Positions 60,701-64,000 of a stretch of DNA of 64,000 bases are shown here, one piece after another. The notes beneath the pieces were generated by a model that saw only the letters and a program-made list of their open reading frames with translations, was not told where the DNA came from and ran no database searches. Source of the stretch: Phormidesmis sp. GTDB taxonomy: Bacteria; Cyanobacteriota; Cyanobacteriia; Leptolyngbyales; Leptolyngbyaceae. The DNA lies in NCBI GenBank assembly GCA_965248535.1, contig CBDFJR010000005.1, forward strand, positions 1,984,001 through 2,048,000, in the 5' to 3' direction. Both the position numbers and the translations under genes were made by a program. Positions within the stretch are counted from its first letter, which is position 1. Each line of letters begins with the position of its first letter.

Positions 60701-60854
60701 ACCGTTACCGAGTTGGCTCCGTTTTAATGCCAACACTGGCACCTTTAGCGGCACTCCTAAGAGTGGTAATGTGGGCAATCTTAACATTGTGGTGAAAGCT
60801 ACTGATGTGCTTGGGGCTTCAGTAAGCTCTAGTTTCATCCTCTCGGTTCAATAG
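57780..60854 (+). CDS. Large surface protein: DUF4347 + delta-60 (beta-propeller) repeats + cadherin/He_PIG Ig-like domains
   Basis: HLISHGSP..YGCDVAAG; repeated LQPDGK..RYNSNGSLDTSFG; NQAPT, FDFE, LPSWL.FN..TGTFSGTP. Confidence 0.88.
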   Translation: MKALFQALAEDSEQILLPNFQADGDVRFQTVRTVKPQMLVIIDAGVADYKSLAMGVVDGAIALVLDPNRDGVEQITEALHCYSPITRLHLISHGSPSCIYLGNSQLSLLTIADYAPLLQRWSSYLKSQILIYGCDVAAGDAGREFIEQLQQLTGVAIAASTTRIGSATQGGSWRFDITTDRGDVSPCFQDEVMRAYPAAFAAGDLDTSFGNNGIVAGLAGAGAGLGLQPDGKLLVTSTIPGSSSSFTLSRYNSNGSLDTSFGSSGRVTGFNNSGEDILIQPDGKIIVAGDTPATIPSYPSGATSFSVTRYNIDGSLDTGFGTNGTTVNHVGTVHNDQLSAVLQPDGKILLGGYSFYTGSDSQGLLVRYNSNGSLDSSFGNSALPGVSTALITNEQSYGFSVALQSDGQIILAGASTVNPQISPSLALWKFSPTGSLIGSTKTAFTSLTNYQVFAPSNIPQVAVQADGKIVVAEDMLYNQPYQSPIRYSFARFNSDLTLDTSFGTGGGAGGYFQGSSFPSSDIALNYNSLALQPDGKIVTAGRRDQNGVGSFIVERHGSNGALDSSFGAGGGVLTNFGNGNASASNLVIQPDGKVVATGTANGSFTLVRYVGVSSGVNQAPTDISLSNTNLFPFQIPQPGAFLIGNFSTVDPDVSDRHSYRLVSGVGDTDNGLFLIQGGNGFYLAPNTSTTQKQTYSIRVRSDDGRDGTFEKSIILSTGNLAPVASTPIGDKAVTIGSLFSLSVATTFTDPNPGDTFTLNASLSNGNPLPSWLSFNPATGLFSGTPSSSDAGTQLILLRATDRAGAFSTTNFNLTVNGTVSNQAPTNLSLSSTSIAENLPANSVVGTFTTTDPNPGDTFTYSLVAGIGSTHNAAFKIVGNTLRTTQAFDFEAQSTYSVRVRTDDGKGGVLERVLAVNVQDGNDAPIVATPLTNRTATVSKAFRYVVPTNTFFDQDVAANSDLDWLTLSATLSDSRPLPSWLRFNANTGTFSGTPKSGNVGNLNIVVKATDVLGASVSSSFILSVQ

Positions 60855-61139
60855 ACCTCCTGCATGAATAAAATTCTCGTTGTCATGGCTACCGGGGTGC
60901 GCCTCCTTGTATCTTAAGAGAGTGGCAGACCGTCCTCCCTCAGATTCACGTTATCAGGCAAGGCTTGGGAGGTTTCGGCTGAGGCAGCCATGACCGAGAA
61001 AGTTTCCCTACCTGCTTGACGTTTAAGATAATCGCTAAATCCCCCATTCTGGGCGACTTTGAATGGGTCTAGCTTCCTTAGAATGAACGTTATGGGGCGT
61101 GTTGATGCTTTGATTATGCAACAAAAAATTATCACTAAA

Positions 61140-61685
61140 ATGAACGCTAAACCGACTAAACAAGATATTCAAGCTGCGATCGGCAAGATGATGTCTGACA
61201 TTATTGCCCCTGATTTAGATATCTTGTTTTGCGGCATCAATCCCAGTCTCTATAGCGTGGTCGTTGGGCACCATTTTGCCCGCCCCGGCAATCGGTTTTG
61301 GAAGGCAATTCACTTGGCAGGATTCACTGATCGACTGCTCAGACCCGATGAAGACCGATCGCTGTTGCACTATGGCTATGGTGTGACCAATATTGCCGAT
61401 CGCGCCACCGCACGAGCCGATCAACTCACCCCCGAAGAACTGATCACCGGACATCAGCAACTCGCCGCCAAAGTAGAGCAATATCGTCCAAAAGTCCTAG
61501 CAGTGTTGGGAATCAGTGCTTATCAGACTGCATTTGCTCAACCTAAAGCCACGATCGGGCAGCAGTCTGACTCGATTCACGACGCAATTATCTGGGTGTT
61601 GCCCAACCCCAGTGGCTTAAATGCTCATTATCAATTGGATGATTTAGTGCGATCGTACCAGGAGCTTTTGATCGCTGTGAGATAG
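61140..61685 (+). CDS. mug: G/U mismatch-specific DNA glycosylase
   Basis: FCGINP, GNRFW, LPNPSGLN. Confidence 0.92.
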   Translation: MNAKPTKQDIQAAIGKMMSDIIAPDLDILFCGINPSLYSVVVGHHFARPGNRFWKAIHLAGFTDRLLRPDEDRSLLHYGYGVTNIADRATARADQLTPEELITGHQQLAAKVEQYRPKVLAVLGISAYQTAFAQPKATIGQQSDSIHDAIIWVLPNPSGLNAHYQLDDLVRSYQELLIAVR

Positions 61686-61765
61686 GTCTTGGGCTATAGT
61701 GTCAGATATTTATGGGATCTAGGGTGGACGATCAAGAATTTAATTAAGGGATTTGGGGATTAGCG

Positions 61766-63133
61766 ATGCCTTTGGATTATTTGACCGAAATTTATAGCTC
61801 ATTTGAGCCATTTCAGCCGCCACCCAGAGAAGCCTATGTCGATTGCCAGGAAGTGCGCGGAGGCTGGGAAGTGGTGCGTGAGTTGGGACGAAAGATTGCT
61901 CGATCGAAACAACCAACCTGTCAGCTTTATTCTGGGCATCGCGGCGTGGGCAAATCGACAGAGCTGCTGCGACTGCGAGAATATCTAGAAGCAGAAAAGT
62001 TTAAGGTGGTTTATTTTGCGGCAGACGATGAAGATATTGAGCCGCAGGATACTGAATATGTGGATATTTTGTTTGCTTGTGTGCGGCATCTGGTGCGCGA
62101 TGTGCAAATTCCTGAAGACCGAAACCCTCTCGTTAAGTGGATGAAGTCTCGCTGGCAGTGGCTCAAAGATTTTGCCCTGACAGACTACGAGTTTGCGGAT
62201 TTGAAGCTAGAGCAGCAGATCAGTCAGTTTGCCAAAATCAGCGCCAATCTGCGGGCAGTGCCTGACAAACGGCGAGAGTTCCGACAAAAGCTAAACACAA
62301 ATACTCAATCGCTGGTGGATGCGTTGAATGAGTTTATTGGTGAAGCAAAGTCGGTGCTTCCCAAAGACTGCAAAGGGGTCGTGCTGATGGCAGACAACTT
62401 AGATCGGATCGTGGAAATTAAGGAATCAGCGACGAAGCCGAGCAACTATGAGGAGATCTATCTGAGTCGCAGTGAGATCTTGCGGGGGTTGGCGTGTCAT
62501 GTGATCTACACAATTCCGATTTCGATGGTGTATTCCGATCGCAGCACTCAGCTAGAAGACAACTACGATAAGCCAGATGTGTTGCCGATGGTGATGGTGA
62601 AAAACCCGGATGGCACTGAGAACCAGAAGGGGTTAGAGAAGCTGCGAGAGTTGATTATGCGGCGCATGGTGTTGACTGACCCAAATTTGATGCAAACGCT
62701 GGAGGGCAGGGTCGAAGGGTTAAAAACGCCTCCTGTGTTTGATAGCCCAGAGACGCTAAGGCTGTTGTGTTTGATGAGTGGGGGTCATGTGCGAAATTTG
62801 ATGCAGATGATCCAAAAGGCGATCGACTGGACGGATGAGTTGCCGATCACGGCGAAGGCGGCGAAACGGGCGATCGATGAGACGCGAGAAACCTATAATC
62901 GGGCGATTCAAGAGCATCAGTGGGAGCTTTTGGCGCAGGCTTGCACGGTGCGGCAGCGTGAGAATGATGTCGAGCATATGCGGCTAATGCTGAATCGCTG
63001 TTTGCTGGAATATCGCTATTATGATCAGCAGGATGAGCTACAAGTTTGGTGCAATGTGCATCCTTTGATTGAGGGAATTCCAAGGTTTCAGGATGCGTTG
63101 AAAAAGGTGCGGGTTGCCCATGAATCTGGCTGA
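61766..63133 (+). CDS. P-loop (STAND/AAA-like) ATPase
   Basis: Walker A GHRGVGKST, Walker B LMADNLD, SGGHVR. Confidence 0.88.
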   Translation: MPLDYLTEIYSSFEPFQPPPREAYVDCQEVRGGWEVVRELGRKIARSKQPTCQLYSGHRGVGKSTELLRLREYLEAEKFKVVYFAADDEDIEPQDTEYVDILFACVRHLVRDVQIPEDRNPLVKWMKSRWQWLKDFALTDYEFADLKLEQQISQFAKISANLRAVPDKRREFRQKLNTNTQSLVDALNEFIGEAKSVLPKDCKGVVLMADNLDRIVEIKESATKPSNYEEIYLSRSEILRGLACHVIYTIPISMVYSDRSTQLEDNYDKPDVLPMVMVKNPDGTENQKGLEKLRELIMRRMVLTDPNLMQTLEGRVEGLKTPPVFDSPETLRLLCLMSGGHVRNLMQMIQKAIDWTDELPITAKAAKRAIDETRETYNRAIQEHQWELLAQACTVRQRENDVEHMRLMLNRCLLEYRYYDQQDELQVWCNVHPLIEGIPRFQDALKKVRVAHESG

Positions 63134-64000
63134 ACTGAGTCAAAAGTCGCCTTCTGAGGAAGAGGTTTATCAGGCTTTGCGGCGATCGCTGCAACGGCGC
63201 AAAGGCTTTGGCATTGTGTTTGTGCAATGTTCACCTGCGACGGCGACTCGTCTGATTGCCAAAGTGAAATCTGACATTTCTCAGAAGAAAATTGCGGTGT
63301 TGTCGCTGACAGAGCCGATCGACAATTTATACAACATAGTAGAGGCTCGACCCGACAAAGATGAGTTGAATATTTTGATTATTCAAGGGCTAGAGAAGTC
63401 TTTGGAGCCTCACATTGCACCAGGTTATGGCGGTGAAGGCGACTACTATAGTCTCAGCAATCTGCCGCCCATTCTTGGACACTTAAACCAGCGTCGAGAC
63501 GGGTTCCTCGATCGGTTTCCTCATCTCTGTTTTGTGTTTGTTCTGCCGTTGTTTGCGATTAAATATTTGATTCAGCGATCGCCTGATTTCTTTGATTGGG
63601 GTGGTGGCGTATTTGAGTTTTCCGATTTGGAAGAACGATTAGTTTCAGATGGTCACAACAATTCAGTAAGCTACGAAAATTCAGGGAGCTACCAATCTCA
63701 GAGACACAATCGACTATGGCAAATTCTTACAACCCCAATTGAACAACTAGATTTTGGCGCACCTATCAGATACCTGAGAAGCTTACGATGGTTCATGCAA
63801 GCTCAACTGTTGTATGAAACAGGACACTACGAGGAGGCGATCGCCAGCTATGACCAAGCCCTGAAACTCAAACCAGATGACGATGAAGCCTGGAACAATC
63901 GCGGCAATGCCCTGGCTAAGTTACAACGCTACGAAGAAGCGATCGCTAGCTTTGACCAAGCATTGAAACATAAGCCGGATGACCATTATGCCTGGGACAA
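63120..64000 (+). CDS. TPR-repeat protein with an N-terminal degenerate NTPase-like domain; runs off the window
   Basis: Manual translation is open from ATG 63120: ..LNQRRD..RSPDFFDW..YEEAIASYDQALKLKPDDDEAWNNRGNAL. Confidence 0.88.
   Translation, partial: MNLAELSQKSPSEEEVYQALRRSLQRRKGFGIVFVQCSPATATRLIAKVKSDISQKKIAVLSLTEPIDNLYNIVEARPDKDELNILIIQGLEKSLEPHIAPGYGGEGDYYSLSNLPPILGHLNQRRDGFLDRFPHLCFVFVLPLFAIKYLIQRSPDFFDWGGGVFEFSDLEERLVSDGHNNSVSYENSGSYQSQRHNRLWQILTTPIEQLDFGAPIRYLRSLRWFMQAQLLYETGHYEEAIASYDQALKLKPDDDEAWNNRGNALAKLQRYEEAIASFDQALKHKPDDHYAWD

Noticed and set aside
60860..61020. Fold-back as 6S or SRP RNA
   Set aside because: I could not match their characteristic motifs; kept only as an unassigned structure.
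1..64000. Frequent GCGATCGC repeats
   Set aside because: HIP1, ubiquitous in cyanobacteria; useful only as a taxonomic marker.

Overview
Chromosomal window from a cyanobacterium, probably filamentous, judged from very dense HIP1 GCGATCGC and genes such as sigG, sbtAB, mgdA and amiC-murI. It is mostly housekeeping: leuS, cysS, dnaX, rnhA, murI, sds, tldDE, a metal ABC transporter and tRNA-Arg(CCT). The main finding is a Wsp-type chemosensory operon (55739..46358, minus strand). Its WspR-like output protein keeps the WspR receiver but has HAMP + class III adenylate cyclase + TPR instead of GGDEF. Just upstream on the same strand is a cyclic-nucleotide-binding MscS channel, and divergent from that is a 1024-aa adhesin-like surface protein. 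Other cAMP-related parts in the window are cpdA, preceded by a near-consensus CRP box, and sbtB. Mobile DNA: (1) an intact tnpB-only IS200/IS605 element inserted next to the RBS of a DUF2584 gene; (2) a dead tnpB element whose right-end hairpin is interrupted, antisense, by a 5' fragment of a group II intron; (3) an internally deleted IS1 where nirD would be expected after an NtcA-boxed NAD(P)H-type nirB; (4) a ~194-bp MITE. mgdA and the CheA/WspE gene each carry an apparent single-base frameshift, possibly sequencing errors. All calls are by eye; no searches were run.
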